In this document: positions 45,199 to 54,659 of the stretch, piece by piece
Layout: each line of letters starts with the position of its first letter
Position numbering within the stretch: position 1 is the stretch's first letter
Sequence record: NC_061421.1
Strand: one strand, 5' to 3'
Length of the DNA stretch: 64,000 nucleotides
The notes under the pieces: model-generated
Seen by the model: the letters and a program-made list of their open reading frames with translations, nothing else
What the model was told of the DNA's origin: nothing
The model's database searches: none
Translations under genes and position numbers: made by a program

Positions 45199-47454
45199 AT
45201 GTCCGATATTTTTTCTCAAAAGATCTCTGAGTTACAGTCCAGTACAGGGCCGAGTGAAAACGCCTATTTCCCTCTTTCTGAAGCCAATAACGACTTCTCA
45301 GAGAAGGTGAGTATCACTACCTTAAGGGAAACTATTGGTTTTGAGAATGCTTTCCCTACCGTCGCTATTGCGTTACTGGCGACTAAAGAAAGCGACGTCT
45401 TCTTCGTTTATGAGGACGATAAAAAAGAAAACGTTTTGGGTTATGTCAATCAGGGTAACGGGAGTTATTCTGCCTTGATGACTGACAGTAACACTCAGCT
45501 GCGCTATGCTACAAGTAGCTTTGTTGTTAATAGTTTATTCTTTTTGCGGGGCGCGGAGAGTTTCGAAGAACTTAGAACAATTAAGCCATGGTACGAAGGA
45601 CAACGCATTAAACTTAAGAGTTACTACGTTAACGGTTTAACGGGTGGCGGTGAGTTTGTTGCGCGATTAACAGGCGGTGTAGATGACGGCGGTTTTATCG
45701 CGGCGGGAGAAGGGTATTATTGGGAACGTGCTGGCGATGAAATCTCACTTAACAATTACGGGGTCTATTATCAGGATATAAATGCAAACGGGAAAATTAA
45801 TTTCTCTAACGCCGTTCAATCTGCAATTAATAGGGCCAAAAATAAAAAGCTTCCGCTTATTACTAATTTCCCATCTGAAAACCATTACGTTAAAGGTGGG
45901 ATTTACCTCGAATCAGGTATTGATATTACAGGAATAAAATCGATCGAGGGGGCGTTACCCATTATCATCGATTCTTCCATTTTTACGGGTCTGAACGCTA
46001 TCGGTTACCCCGGTATAACATGGGTCCTGTTAAATATTAATGGCTCTTTAGGTACGGACGGTATGATATTCGGTACCAGTGTAGGTAATCAGACCCTTGA
46101 TACAATAGCGATAAGGGATCTTAATCCCAGATCAAAACCTTTAGGCGGGCAATTACACACTTTTTCTGGTACCACAATTAACGGTGCGCTTTGTGCTACC
46201 GGTTTTGATGGCCCTGGTGTTTATCTCTCAAACTGTTACGATTCTAATATTCAAGATATTCGGGCCATCGAATCAGGGAATATTTCTTGGTGGTCCATTT
46301 CGATAGATTCATATCCCAAAGACAGTACTTCTTCGCTGGACACCTCCAATCATTTAGTGATTGGGAGTATTGAACCTCACGATTGCCATGAACGAATTTT
46401 GAATGTCAACGCCTCCGCTTCCTCGGTCGACCATATACATGAAGAAGCGAGCTATGTAACGGACACAACTACTTGGGGTTCGGCTACGGTTTCTAGTAAC
46501 GGTTTTGGGTGGACGAACACGCTTCTGGCTGGTTGGTGTTCTCGCTTTGGTGTGGTAAGGGTTCTACCGAAGAGCACTAATACAGGAAAGCATGTAACGA
46601 CGGTAGTCTCAGATCAAATTTCTATCGATACTTTTCAGACAGAAGGGAACCTCGGCCTCCATTTCACTTATACAAACCCCGTGAAAGGTTCTTCGTACGG
46701 AACAATTGAAGTAGGTACCGATCTTTATATTACGACCAATGTTCCGGGTTCGATAGGTCATTGTTTAGTAAAAGGCGCTAATTCCGTCGTCACTCAGCTC
46801 AGTAAGAAACTTAATGTTAGATCAATGATGATCACGGGGTCTTCTTCATCACTTGTTGACTCTGGTGGCGTATACGGGAACTTAGAGGCTATTGTCGCAA
46901 CTATCGATAGCGGCGTAGTCAGTAAAGGTTCTATAACCACCTTAACGTCTACAGGAAGTACTTCCCTCTCTAACATCGGTATTGTTACTCTCACTTTAAA
47001 CGGGACACGGACAACGGTCAAAGATTGTTACATCAGTGGTGTTTCTAGTTTTTCTGGGGATGGAGTTGTATCAGGGACTACACTTGTTGGAGCAAGCAGT
47101 TTTTCTGGATCGTTTACTTGTTTCGGTATCAAAACAAACGCGAATTTATCTATCAGTAACACCTCTGCGCAGACATATAACTTCTCTTTACGTGATTCGT
47201 TTATTAATGGGCAACTTTCAATAACGAACTACGTTAAAGTGAACATCGACTTCGTCAGGGTCATTAATCTTTACATTTCCATTACTAGCGGATTCTTACT
47301 TCTTTCAAATATCCAAATGACCGGGTCATTAACGGGGAATGTAATAAGTTCAACCAACGTCCCGGCTTTGGGTTCTTCGACGACTGACCCTACTAATGGA
47401 AATAGTTACATTTTCCAATCTGGGGGTTGGAAAATGATAAATATAACTGCATAG
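45199..47454 (+). CDS. Tailspike: KISEL anchor, tailspike N-domain, beta-helix
   Basis: QKISEL..FENAF..FFVY; SFEELR.IKPWYEGQRI.L.SYY..GGGEF. Confidence 0.88.
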   Translation: MSDIFSQKISELQSSTGPSENAYFPLSEANNDFSEKVSITTLRETIGFENAFPTVAIALLATKESDVFFVYEDDKKENVLGYVNQGNGSYSALMTDSNTQLRYATSSFVVNSLFFLRGAESFEELRTIKPWYEGQRIKLKSYYVNGLTGGGEFVARLTGGVDDGGFIAAGEGYYWERAGDEISLNNYGVYYQDINANGKINFSNAVQSAINRAKNKKLPLITNFPSENHYVKGGIYLESGIDITGIKSIEGALPIIIDSSIFTGLNAIGYPGITWVLLNINGSLGTDGMIFGTSVGNQTLDTIAIRDLNPRSKPLGGQLHTFSGTTINGALCATGFDGPGVYLSNCYDSNIQDIRAIESGNISWWSISIDSYPKDSTSSLDTSNHLVIGSIEPHDCHERILNVNASASSVDHIHEEASYVTDTTTWGSATVSSNGFGWTNTLLAGWCSRFGVVRVLPKSTNTGKHVTTVVSDQISIDTFQTEGNLGLHFTYTNPVKGSSYGTIEVGTDLYITTNVPGSIGHCLVKGANSVVTQLSKKLNVRSMMITGSSSSLVDSGGVYGNLEAIVATIDSGVVSKGSITTLTSTGSTSLSNIGIVTLTLNGTRTTVKDCYISGVSSFSGDGVVSGTTLVGASSFSGSFTCFGIKTNANLSISNTSAQTYNFSLRDSFINGQLSITNYVKVNIDFVRVINLYISITSGFLLLSNIQMTGSLTGNVISSTNVPALGSSTTDPTNGNSYIFQSGGWKMINITA

Positions 47455-47456
47455 TT

Positions 47457-47488
47457 AAAAACTCAGTCCTAAAAAGGACTGAGTTTTT
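47457..47488 (+). terminator. Intrinsic terminator hairpin
   Basis: AAAAACTCAGTCCT-aaaa-AGGACTGAGTTTTT. Confidence 0.85.
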
Positions 47489-47496
47489 TATATGAC
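47484..47496 (+). promoter_or_regulatory. Putative late promoter (TATG)
   Basis: TTTTTTATATGAC, 26 nt upstream of ATG. Confidence 0.6.
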
Positions 47497-47519
47497 CACC
47501 TCCATTCAGGATTAAAGAC

Positions 47520-49559
47520 ATGTCTAATGAAACACAGAAAATTAGCGAGTTGAACCCTGCTACTACGCTGACTGAACACACTCTGTTCCCCGTGGTCTCT
47601 GAACAGACGGAGACCAGTAACACAGATATCTCGACACTGCGTTCAGTCTTGTTGTTCGACAAAGCTTTCAACTCAATCGCAGAAGGTACAGATGGAACGG
47701 AGAAAGGAGAGTCTTATTTTGTTTACACGGATGCAACCAAAACCGCGGTACAGGGTTACGTCAACCAAGGTGGGGGTTCTTACACGCCACTTGTAGATAT
47801 CAATGGCGTCGCAGTCCGGTATATCTCCGGGCAGACGCTACGAGGGTTAGATTATTTTACTAACGGCGTAGATTCCTTCGCTAAGTTACGGACACTATCG
47901 CCTCTATACGCTGGGCAACGCGTAAAGTTGAAAAGTTGGGTAGCGGGTGGAAAAACAGGTGGTGGGGAATTTATCGCCGGAATCGGATCGGCGACGGATG
48001 ACAACGGCACGATTGCCGCCGGGAATGGATTCTACTGGCAACGGATTATTTCCGATCGGTTGTCTTTTGAGGATTTCGGTGCGGTCGGGGATGGTGTACT
48101 GGACGATACCAGTAACATTCAAAAAGCGGTCAACTACTGTGCTAAGAACGGCATTGCACTAACGTGTTTAGGGAAAGTCTACGCAGTCAGTACCGTAAAT
48201 TTCCCAACCGATTTAGTGATCGATATGTGTAACGCGGTACTTTTGTCGTTACCCTCTGTTACGACGGGTTATACCTTAACAATCAGCGGTTATTTGTCTC
48301 CTGCGGCTAATCCAGGAAAATTTGATAATATTCGTGTTCAGCGTACCTTAATTAATACTCATCAGCCCGACACTAACAGCGTCGTAGACGGCGTGTCATT
48401 TGGAGTTGATGCGCACAATATTTCCTTCTATAATCTCAAGGTCTCTGGGTTTAGGGACGGAGTTTGTTTTAACGGGAAAAGTGCTTATCTCATTCGTTTA
48501 TACAGCCCGATCATTGGGCAGTGTTGGCGCCGAGGGATGGCCTTTTATGCGAATACTGATTCCAATGAAAACGTGACCATTTACGGCGGCGTGATTGCGG
48601 ATTGTTGTAATTTCACTTTCGACGGTACTGGGGTCTACTTATCAGGGAGTGCCTCAAGTATTGATGTCAGGTTCTTTGGGACCAGTTTTGATTATTGCGA
48701 CATCTCAGTTGATCTTTATCAATCTAACGTCGAGCTTCACGGTTGTCACTTGGAAAACAATAATAACAACCCCCATATTCGACTTTCGTACACCTCAACC
48801 AAAAACCAACCCTATCTGATCATGAAAGGGGGAACAATGGGAGGCGGACCGAACGCGAACTCGTGGAGCGGTATTCCGATAGAAAATAGTACGGGTCGTC
48901 CTTACCTCGTCTTCATTACCAACACTGGCGGTGCCCACGTTGACATTGATGGAACTGACACCAGTAAATACATGACAGGAGTCAGGAGAACTACCGAGAT
49001 CGTAGGTGTAGAGGGCGATAACTACCAGTTGATCGGGACCTTAAGGGTGAGGAACAAAATGACCTCTGGGAACATGGATAACGCCAGTCGCCCCATGCGA
49101 CCTTGTAGTGCCCTTAACGTGATTCTGATCAACCAATATCAAACTGCCGCATGGACACCGAGTTACACTAACGCTGACCTCACTTATACGATTGATACTA
49201 CGAATTACTCTAACCCTAATTCACCGCACTCACGAAAAATTACACAAGGAAGCGTACGTAATGTCTCTTACTGGCAGGACGTGACACTGCGCGGCGGAGA
49301 TATTTTCCACGCGGAGGCCGAAATCAAAATCACATCATTGACGGCTGGTTACGTCGCGCTTAGAGTGGATTTTTACGACTCTGCCGGGAACGTAATACAA
49401 TCGTCAATCAAATCCGTATCTGCGGTGACGGCTGATTGGAATAACGTGTGGGTCTGGTTACGCGCACCAAACGGTACAGTCAAGGCAAAAGTTCAAGAGT
49501 ACTTAAACGGTTTTGTCGGAACGGCGTATTTCACCAATGAACACGTTTGGATTTCTTAA
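47520..49559 (+). CDS. Tailspike/depolymerase: KISEL anchor, N-domain, beta-helix, C-terminal CBM-like sandwich
   Basis: QKISEL; SFAKLR.L.P.YAGQRV.L; FEDFGAVGDGVLDDT..IQKA; GTSFDY. Confidence 0.9.
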   Translation: MSNETQKISELNPATTLTEHTLFPVVSEQTETSNTDISTLRSVLLFDKAFNSIAEGTDGTEKGESYFVYTDATKTAVQGYVNQGGGSYTPLVDINGVAVRYISGQTLRGLDYFTNGVDSFAKLRTLSPLYAGQRVKLKSWVAGGKTGGGEFIAGIGSATDDNGTIAAGNGFYWQRIISDRLSFEDFGAVGDGVLDDTSNIQKAVNYCAKNGIALTCLGKVYAVSTVNFPTDLVIDMCNAVLLSLPSVTTGYTLTISGYLSPAANPGKFDNIRVQRTLINTHQPDTNSVVDGVSFGVDAHNISFYNLKVSGFRDGVCFNGKSAYLIRLYSPIIGQCWRRGMAFYANTDSNENVTIYGGVIADCCNFTFDGTGVYLSGSASSIDVRFFGTSFDYCDISVDLYQSNVELHGCHLENNNNNPHIRLSYTSTKNQPYLIMKGGTMGGGPNANSWSGIPIENSTGRPYLVFITNTGGAHVDIDGTDTSKYMTGVRRTTEIVGVEGDNYQLIGTLRVRNKMTSGNMDNASRPMRPCSALNVILINQYQTAAWTPSYTNADLTYTIDTTNYSNPNSPHSRKITQGSVRNVSYWQDVTLRGGDIFHAEAEIKITSLTAGYVALRVDFYDSAGNVIQSSIKSVSAVTADWNNVWVWLRAPNGTVKAKVQEYLNGFVGTAYFTNEHVWIS

Positions 49560-49572
49560 GAAGGAACTCACT

Positions 49573-49794
49573 ATGTTTCAAGTAGGCGACACCGTTCGCA
49601 TCCTTTCTTGTCAAACTCGAGAAGACTTAGTCGGGAAAGAAACGACCATCAGTGCACTGGACGCTAAACTGGAAGATTTGGCTTGGGCAGATATCTACGG
49701 AATGGATCAATATATTTCGGTGGTCATCGATACCGATGCACGATTTATTGCGGCTCAACTGGAACTCGTAGCCAGTGACATTGAAGGCTCTTAA
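49573..49794 (+). CDS. Small protein (73 aa), SH3/KOW-like start
   Basis: AAGGA RBS before MFQVGDTVRI. Confidence 0.6.
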   Translation: MFQVGDTVRILSCQTREDLVGKETTISALDAKLEDLAWADIYGMDQYISVVIDTDARFIAAQLELVASDIEGS

Positions 49795-49799
49795 GCTAT

Positions 49800-49833
49800 A
49801 GGCAATGAGGGGACCTAGGTCCCCTCATTGCCT
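49800..49833 (+). terminator. Perfect 34-bp palindrome terminator
   Basis: AGGCAATGAGGGGACCT-AGGTCCCCTCATTGCCT. Confidence 0.8.
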
Positions 49834-49846
49834 TGTTTCGTATGAC
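49833..49846 (+). promoter_or_regulatory. Putative late promoter (TATG)
   Basis: TTGTTTCGTATGAC, 30 nt upstream of ATG 49874. Confidence 0.65.
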
Positions 49847-49873
49847 CGGTTAGCTTTCTTCAGGAAAACAAAT

Positions 49874-51868
49874 ATGTCTAATGATACTCAAAAAATTTCG
49901 GAATTAGGGAGTGCGACTAGCATCCCTGAGAACTCAATGGTCCCTATAGTGACGGCTCCTACCGAAACGAATCAGATCACTCTTTCTTCGTTGCGCTCAG
50001 TATTAAATTTCGAAAGTGCTTTTGATACTATCGAATTAGGATTGGCCGGAACAAAAAAGAACGAACCCTTCTTCGTTTACACTGATGATACGCGGTCGTT
50101 TGTTAACGGGTATATCAACCAAGGAGGTGACACTTTTGCATCGCTTCTCGATAAGGACGGTAAGCAAATCAATAATGTTGTTTACAGTAAAATCATTGGG
50201 AGCGTTTATCGTGGATTTGTTACCGGGCTCTGTCAGAACGCTGGGTTTGCAAACGATAACATTGTCGTCTTAAAGAAAGGGTTAGTGCTCTCGGGAATCA
50301 TGGTAGTCATCGACACTACTTCGCTCCGTTTTTATTTCAGCAACAATTCGACACTCACTGTTGACCATTGGACGCAGAGCGGCGATGACCTTGTGGCGAC
50401 GGATTCCTCAGGGAATAACGTTATACTAGTAGACGGTTGGTCACAGTTATTAACGGGCGGTACTCTCCCTGTTGACGTAAGAAGCGAGACTATTGATTTC
50501 TGGGAAAGAATTAAAACCAACGGGCAATTTGATCTGACAGCTAGGCCAAACGACCCGAAAGGAATTGCAGGTATCGTTTTTGGCGGTAAGAATAACAAAG
50601 GTGCGTTGGTTATTGACCAGCGAGGTCGTCTCCAAACCTATGCGATTAAAAATGGTGTCATGTCGGCGGCCAGAATGGCCATCCCTGTAACGGAACCTTA
50701 CGGTTATGGCACCGGGTCACGGTTAGGAAGTATCACTCGCTTCCCGGTCAGTGGCGCGGAAGACGATAGTCTCTCTTCTTCTATTATTTTTCTACCTCAA
50801 GCAGATGGATCGGCGAAAGCATATTTGGCGGGGCCAGGACTATATACAAACTTTGCTGCGCCTTTTCCTGATGCCGTAAAACGCGTAGCTAAAGAGATTG
50901 TTACAGCCGACCTTTTACCAAGTGCTTTATTGAATTCTTCTACAAACCCAACCGATTGGCTCAGCACAGAGTCTTGGGTTAAATTAGTGACGGTCAATGA
51001 CAATATTCAGGGTTCAGTATTCAGCGGTATTTATTCCGGTGGGGCGGGTTTATCAGAAGCTGTATGTGCTTACTTGATTGAGTTCCAATCGAAACCGTCG
51101 AACGTGACCACGGTCAACGCAAACACACTGCGCTACTACCTTAGAATTACGTCGCTCCGTTCTCGGGGAGATCTGCGTTACAACTCAGGAACGGTACGTT
51201 TTGGGGTGGTGCGAGATGCTACGGCTAATACTTCGACACTTTATGCGCGCTTAGCGGTTCGTTCTGAGAACTCTTCCCTTATCCCTTTGCGCGCTGATCC
51301 GCCTGGTTCCGATGGCGTCGCGAAAGTAACCATCAATACTGTATTAAACAGCTATGTTACGGTTGAGCCAGCCGGGATCGTATATCTTCCCGTTACGGAG
51401 TCGCTGACTACCAACGTCGCTGTTCAGCTCAATAATGGGACGTATGCTCAGACACGCGGAGCGGTGATTCGATTGACGAATAATCTTTCAGCCAACACCC
51501 GAGGATCCTTCGTTACCTCGGGGGAATTCGCCGCAAACGATACTTTATCTGCTATCAACCGGGGCTACGCCGGGCTAGGAGCAGTGACGGCTGCCCGAGT
51601 ATCAACAGGGAAATATACGATCACAGGAGCCTCTACAGGAACTTCCTCGGTTTCTTGGAAAATTACGTCACCATTTGGATCGTTTGGCTCCGGTATTCAG
51701 AATTTGGTGGCGGTAATCGAATCAGATGTTTCTAATGTCATTACCGTAGGCGTGAGAAAAATTCTTTATACCGCGGATACTACTACAGGCGCGGTCACGA
51801 CATCATTAGGGGATTATGTTGACATCCCAGTTGACACTTGGATCGATATTCATACTACGCTCAACTGA
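49874..51868 (+). CDS. Tail fibre: KISEL anchor with a non-beta-helix body and fibre-type C-terminal domain
   Basis: Start moved to MSNDTQKISEL; C-term A..V.TG.Y.I.G...W...P....DIP..WIDI. Confidence 0.75.
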   Translation: MSNDTQKISELGSATSIPENSMVPIVTAPTETNQITLSSLRSVLNFESAFDTIELGLAGTKKNEPFFVYTDDTRSFVNGYINQGGDTFASLLDKDGKQINNVVYSKIIGSVYRGFVTGLCQNAGFANDNIVVLKKGLVLSGIMVVIDTTSLRFYFSNNSTLTVDHWTQSGDDLVATDSSGNNVILVDGWSQLLTGGTLPVDVRSETIDFWERIKTNGQFDLTARPNDPKGIAGIVFGGKNNKGALVIDQRGRLQTYAIKNGVMSAARMAIPVTEPYGYGTGSRLGSITRFPVSGAEDDSLSSSIIFLPQADGSAKAYLAGPGLYTNFAAPFPDAVKRVAKEIVTADLLPSALLNSSTNPTDWLSTESWVKLVTVNDNIQGSVFSGIYSGGAGLSEAVCAYLIEFQSKPSNVTTVNANTLRYYLRITSLRSRGDLRYNSGTVRFGVVRDATANTSTLYARLAVRSENSSLIPLRADPPGSDGVAKVTINTVLNSYVTVEPAGIVYLPVTESLTTNVAVQLNNGTYAQTRGAVIRLTNNLSANTRGSFVTSGEFAANDTLSAINRGYAGLGAVTAARVSTGKYTITGASTGTSSVSWKITSPFGSFGSGIQNLVAVIESDVSNVITVGVRKILYTADTTTGAVTTSLGDYVDIPVDTWIDIHTTLN

Positions 51869-51879
51869 TTGAGGTTTAA

Positions 51880-53541
51880 ATGAACTATTATTACATTGAT
51901 TCTTCCGCTACAGTTAACGGCGTTGGGACAAAAGGTAACCCCTTTAATTCGATTCAGTCAGCCATTGACGCCAACTTAACTCATCCTCTAACACTATACC
52001 TTAAAGCAGGTCAAACCTACGAACTAGCGTATTATAATCGTACCACTGCCAGTTTCTTTAACAATAAAACAGGCGTCCAGTCCGTCATTACTCGATACGG
52101 TACTGGTGCCAAGCCAATTCTCACCAGTAATAACGATACAATTATCATTGATGCGTACGCGTGCCAGATAAAATTTGAGAATATTCGCATTTCCCCAAAA
52201 CCAGGGTCAGAAAGAACCGCCATCTATCTTAACCTGATCCCGATAGGCGATAGTGCCAATAACAACATTTGTAACTTAACGCTAAACAAGGTTGATTTTA
52301 TTGGCACCCCTGAATCAATAGGGGGGATGAACGGGATTAACCGCGTGTTCTGTTTAAACAGTTTGGTCGATTATGCCGGTCTCAGTAATATTGCGCATAA
52401 ACTCTTAATCAGTAACTGTACATTTGACAACGTTAACGCTGGCGTTCAGTTGAGAGGTAACCCTGATCTCTCAGACAAAACGACCTATCACGGTGACCAG
52501 AAGAAAAGTTATGGTTTTAGAGTGATTAATTGCTCGTTTACGAATATCATTAACTCGGCGGTGTTCATCGGGTGGGCGGCAAGTAAAAATCAATCGAGAG
52601 ATGTCATTGGTGATGATATGGCGACAGGTGTAGACGGTTTGTACTATTCCAGTTACCGTTACAACGTCTACAATACATCAACGGGTGCGTCTCAAGCAGA
52701 CGTCCCAGTCTGGTTCTCTGGAACGCGTTATCTGACATTACAGAATTTCGAAATTCATGGCGCCGGCCCGGCTTACCCCGACCGTCAAACCATTGACTTT
52801 GATTATCATTGTCACTATTGCGTGGCGCGTTACGGGTACACCTCAAACAACGCACGTGGTTCAATGATTATCCAAGGACCTTTCAGTAACAGCTGGTACA
52901 GTTCTAAAGGATACACACCATTGTCCAATGATGCGTATACTTTGTACTATACGCTTGGTTTTGGGTCGATTGGCAACGTCATTGAATACGTTATTTCTTT
53001 CAACGACGGGGTAGGGAGAACGACCAGTACTGCTGATAAATATTGGCAGAAAACTTCTGCGTTCCGATACGTTTATGATAACGTAGTGCGTAACTGTGTC
53101 TTTATTGATACCGTGACCACGGCGAACGATAACGTGATTGCCATTAACCCACAGACAGACGACAGTTTAACTGCGCTGAGCCTGACTTTGGACAGTAACA
53201 TTTTCTACTATGCTAACAAGACCGCCACGGAATTAGTCACTCCTGCTTCGATGACTAACTTCCCGACCATGATGTCTAAATTCAAATTGAAAAATAATAT
53301 TTTCTTTTCTGAAAAATGGGCAGGTGCAACGCCGACTTCAACGGGACTGATCGAAGAAGGGAATCTCTTTACTAACCCTGCTTTTTTACAAGGGTTGTCG
53401 AACAGTTCTTTTGCGGGCTTGAAAGAAGCGTTGTTGGCTATCAAATTGAAAATGACTAGTCCTTGTATTGGGAGTGGCTCATCAAACAATAACCCAGACT
53501 TTATCGGTAAAGTTGGGAACAACATCGGATCAATTCAATAA
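51880..53541 (+). CDS. Anchorless beta-helix polysaccharide depolymerase-like protein
   Basis: Begins directly with YYIDS...NG.GT..NPF.SIQ.AI beta-helix cap; ends F.NP.F...SP.IG.G. Confidence 0.8.
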   Translation: MNYYYIDSSATVNGVGTKGNPFNSIQSAIDANLTHPLTLYLKAGQTYELAYYNRTTASFFNNKTGVQSVITRYGTGAKPILTSNNDTIIIDAYACQIKFENIRISPKPGSERTAIYLNLIPIGDSANNNICNLTLNKVDFIGTPESIGGMNGINRVFCLNSLVDYAGLSNIAHKLLISNCTFDNVNAGVQLRGNPDLSDKTTYHGDQKKSYGFRVINCSFTNIINSAVFIGWAASKNQSRDVIGDDMATGVDGLYYSSYRYNVYNTSTGASQADVPVWFSGTRYLTLQNFEIHGAGPAYPDRQTIDFDYHCHYCVARYGYTSNNARGSMIIQGPFSNSWYSSKGYTPLSNDAYTLYYTLGFGSIGNVIEYVISFNDGVGRTTSTADKYWQKTSAFRYVYDNVVRNCVFIDTVTTANDNVIAINPQTDDSLTALSLTLDSNIFYYANKTATELVTPASMTNFPTMMSKFKLKNNIFFSEKWAGATPTSTGLIEEGNLFTNPAFLQGLSNSSFAGLKEALLAIKLKMTSPCIGSGSSNNNPDFIGKVGNNIGSIQ

Positions 53542-53551
53542 CGCACCAAAC

Positions 53552-53583
53552 ACAGACAGAGGGGCATGAGCCCCTCTGTCTGT
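53552..53583. terminator. Bidirectional terminator at the convergent junction
   Basis: ACAGACAGAGGGGC-atga-GCCCCTCTGTCTGT. Confidence 0.85.
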
Positions 53584-53592
53584 TTATATCTT

Positions 53593-54159
53593 TTATTCGT
53601 CGGCTTGTTCAACCAGAATGAATTTGCTGTCTTCGGTATTAATCGCTTTACCGCTCTCAGTAAGCAGTGAACCGCGAGGAATTTTGCTACCGCCACTACA
53701 GGTAACATCCAGATTACCAGACCAAACATGGCTGTTATAAGTTGTACCGGCTTTAGTCTGAATCGTCACCACCGCCGTTTCACCGGTCGGAATGAACGGT
53801 AAATAATCTGACGCATTAGCGATATCTTCAACGTCGATGTACAGGCTGTATTTTGCCTTGATCAGCGGTAAAAGATCCGCAATCGTCGACGCGGTCTCTG
53901 GTAGCACAAGAGTCGGGCCGACGGATGACATCAGTTTGTTCAGTTCGATGCGAGTGTAGGTAAAGGTCTTGCTACCCGTCACCGGGGAACGGCCTGTAAC
54001 GAGTACAGAGATACGATCTTCGGTACCCGGTACAGTTGAACCGGTGATGTTACCGAAGCTCAGATAACTCGCGTTAAGCGGCGTGGTGAGGTTATTCTGC
54101 TGACTGATCAGATCAGCGAGAATCTCAAATTTGGGACGACCGAATAAATCGACGTACAT
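53593..54159 (-). CDS. Virion protein with a phiKZ-like anchor domain only, plus acidic tail motif
   Basis: Start moved to MYVDLF (GGAG RBS); DLI..N..YTRI.L..LLP.I..KY.L.I...DI; tail GSLLTESGKAINTEDSKFILVE. Confidence 0.7.
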   Translation of the reverse strand: MYVDLFGRPKFEILADLISQQNNLTTPLNASYLSFGNITGSTVPGTEDRISVLVTGRSPVTGSKTFTYTRIELNKLMSSVGPTLVLPETASTIADLLPLIKAKYSLYIDVEDIANASDYLPFIPTGETAVVTIQTKAGTTYNSHVWSGNLDVTCSGGSKIPRGSLLTESGKAINTEDSKFILVEQADE

Positions 54160-54209
54160 GGGGTATACTCCATCTGATAATTGTAAGCTTACACAATAAT
54201 GCACGCTGC

Positions 54210-54596
54210 CTACCAGACAGGTTCCCCACGATCAATGAAACGAATCCTCTCTTTCTTACAGAGTTTCGCTAGAATATCCTTGAGTAAGTGGCGGTGACAA
54301 AAACAATCGTGTCCGCAATAACAAGCCAAACAAATACGCCCTTGGTTGATCAACCATATCCAGGGTTCAGGATCTCTCTTAAATCGTTCGCGAGTTAATT
54401 TATAGTATATCTCGACGTATTCCGCTTGATTCACAATTCCTTGTTTATACGGCCAGAGGAGTTCGGGTGTTGGGGCAAATATTTTCTCACCTGACTTTAG
54501 CGTGGTGTCAACAAATAAAATATCTAATCCTTCCCATTTCCGCCAATCAGGGATTCTCCCAGTCCAAACCTCTAGCTGTTTAAAATCATGAAACAT
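54210..54596 (-). CDS. DUF488-like protein
   Basis: FAPT..LL..YK, Y..L..ER, CLACYC..CFCHRHLL; GGAGG RBS before MFHDF. Confidence 0.6.
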   Translation of the reverse strand: MFHDFKQLEVWTGRIPDWRKWEGLDILFVDTTLKSGEKIFAPTPELLWPYKQGIVNQAEYVEIYYKLTRERFKRDPEPWIWLINQGRICLACYCGHDCFCHRHLLKDILAKLCKKERIRFIDRGEPVW

Positions 54597-54659
54597 TTTT
54601 CCTCCAAATTGAAGCAAAAAAAAAACAGTTTACGGATCCTTTTCCCTAGACCCGAAGGT

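Noticed and set aside
49805-49873. ORF-track start at 49805 (MRGPRS...)
   Set aside because: It lies within the terminator palindrome; the homologous start is MSNDTQKISEL at 49874.
28060-53541. Diversity-generating retroelement or invertase-driven shufflon acting on the spikes
   Set aside because: No reverse transcriptase, template/variable repeat pair or site-specific recombinase is visible in the window.
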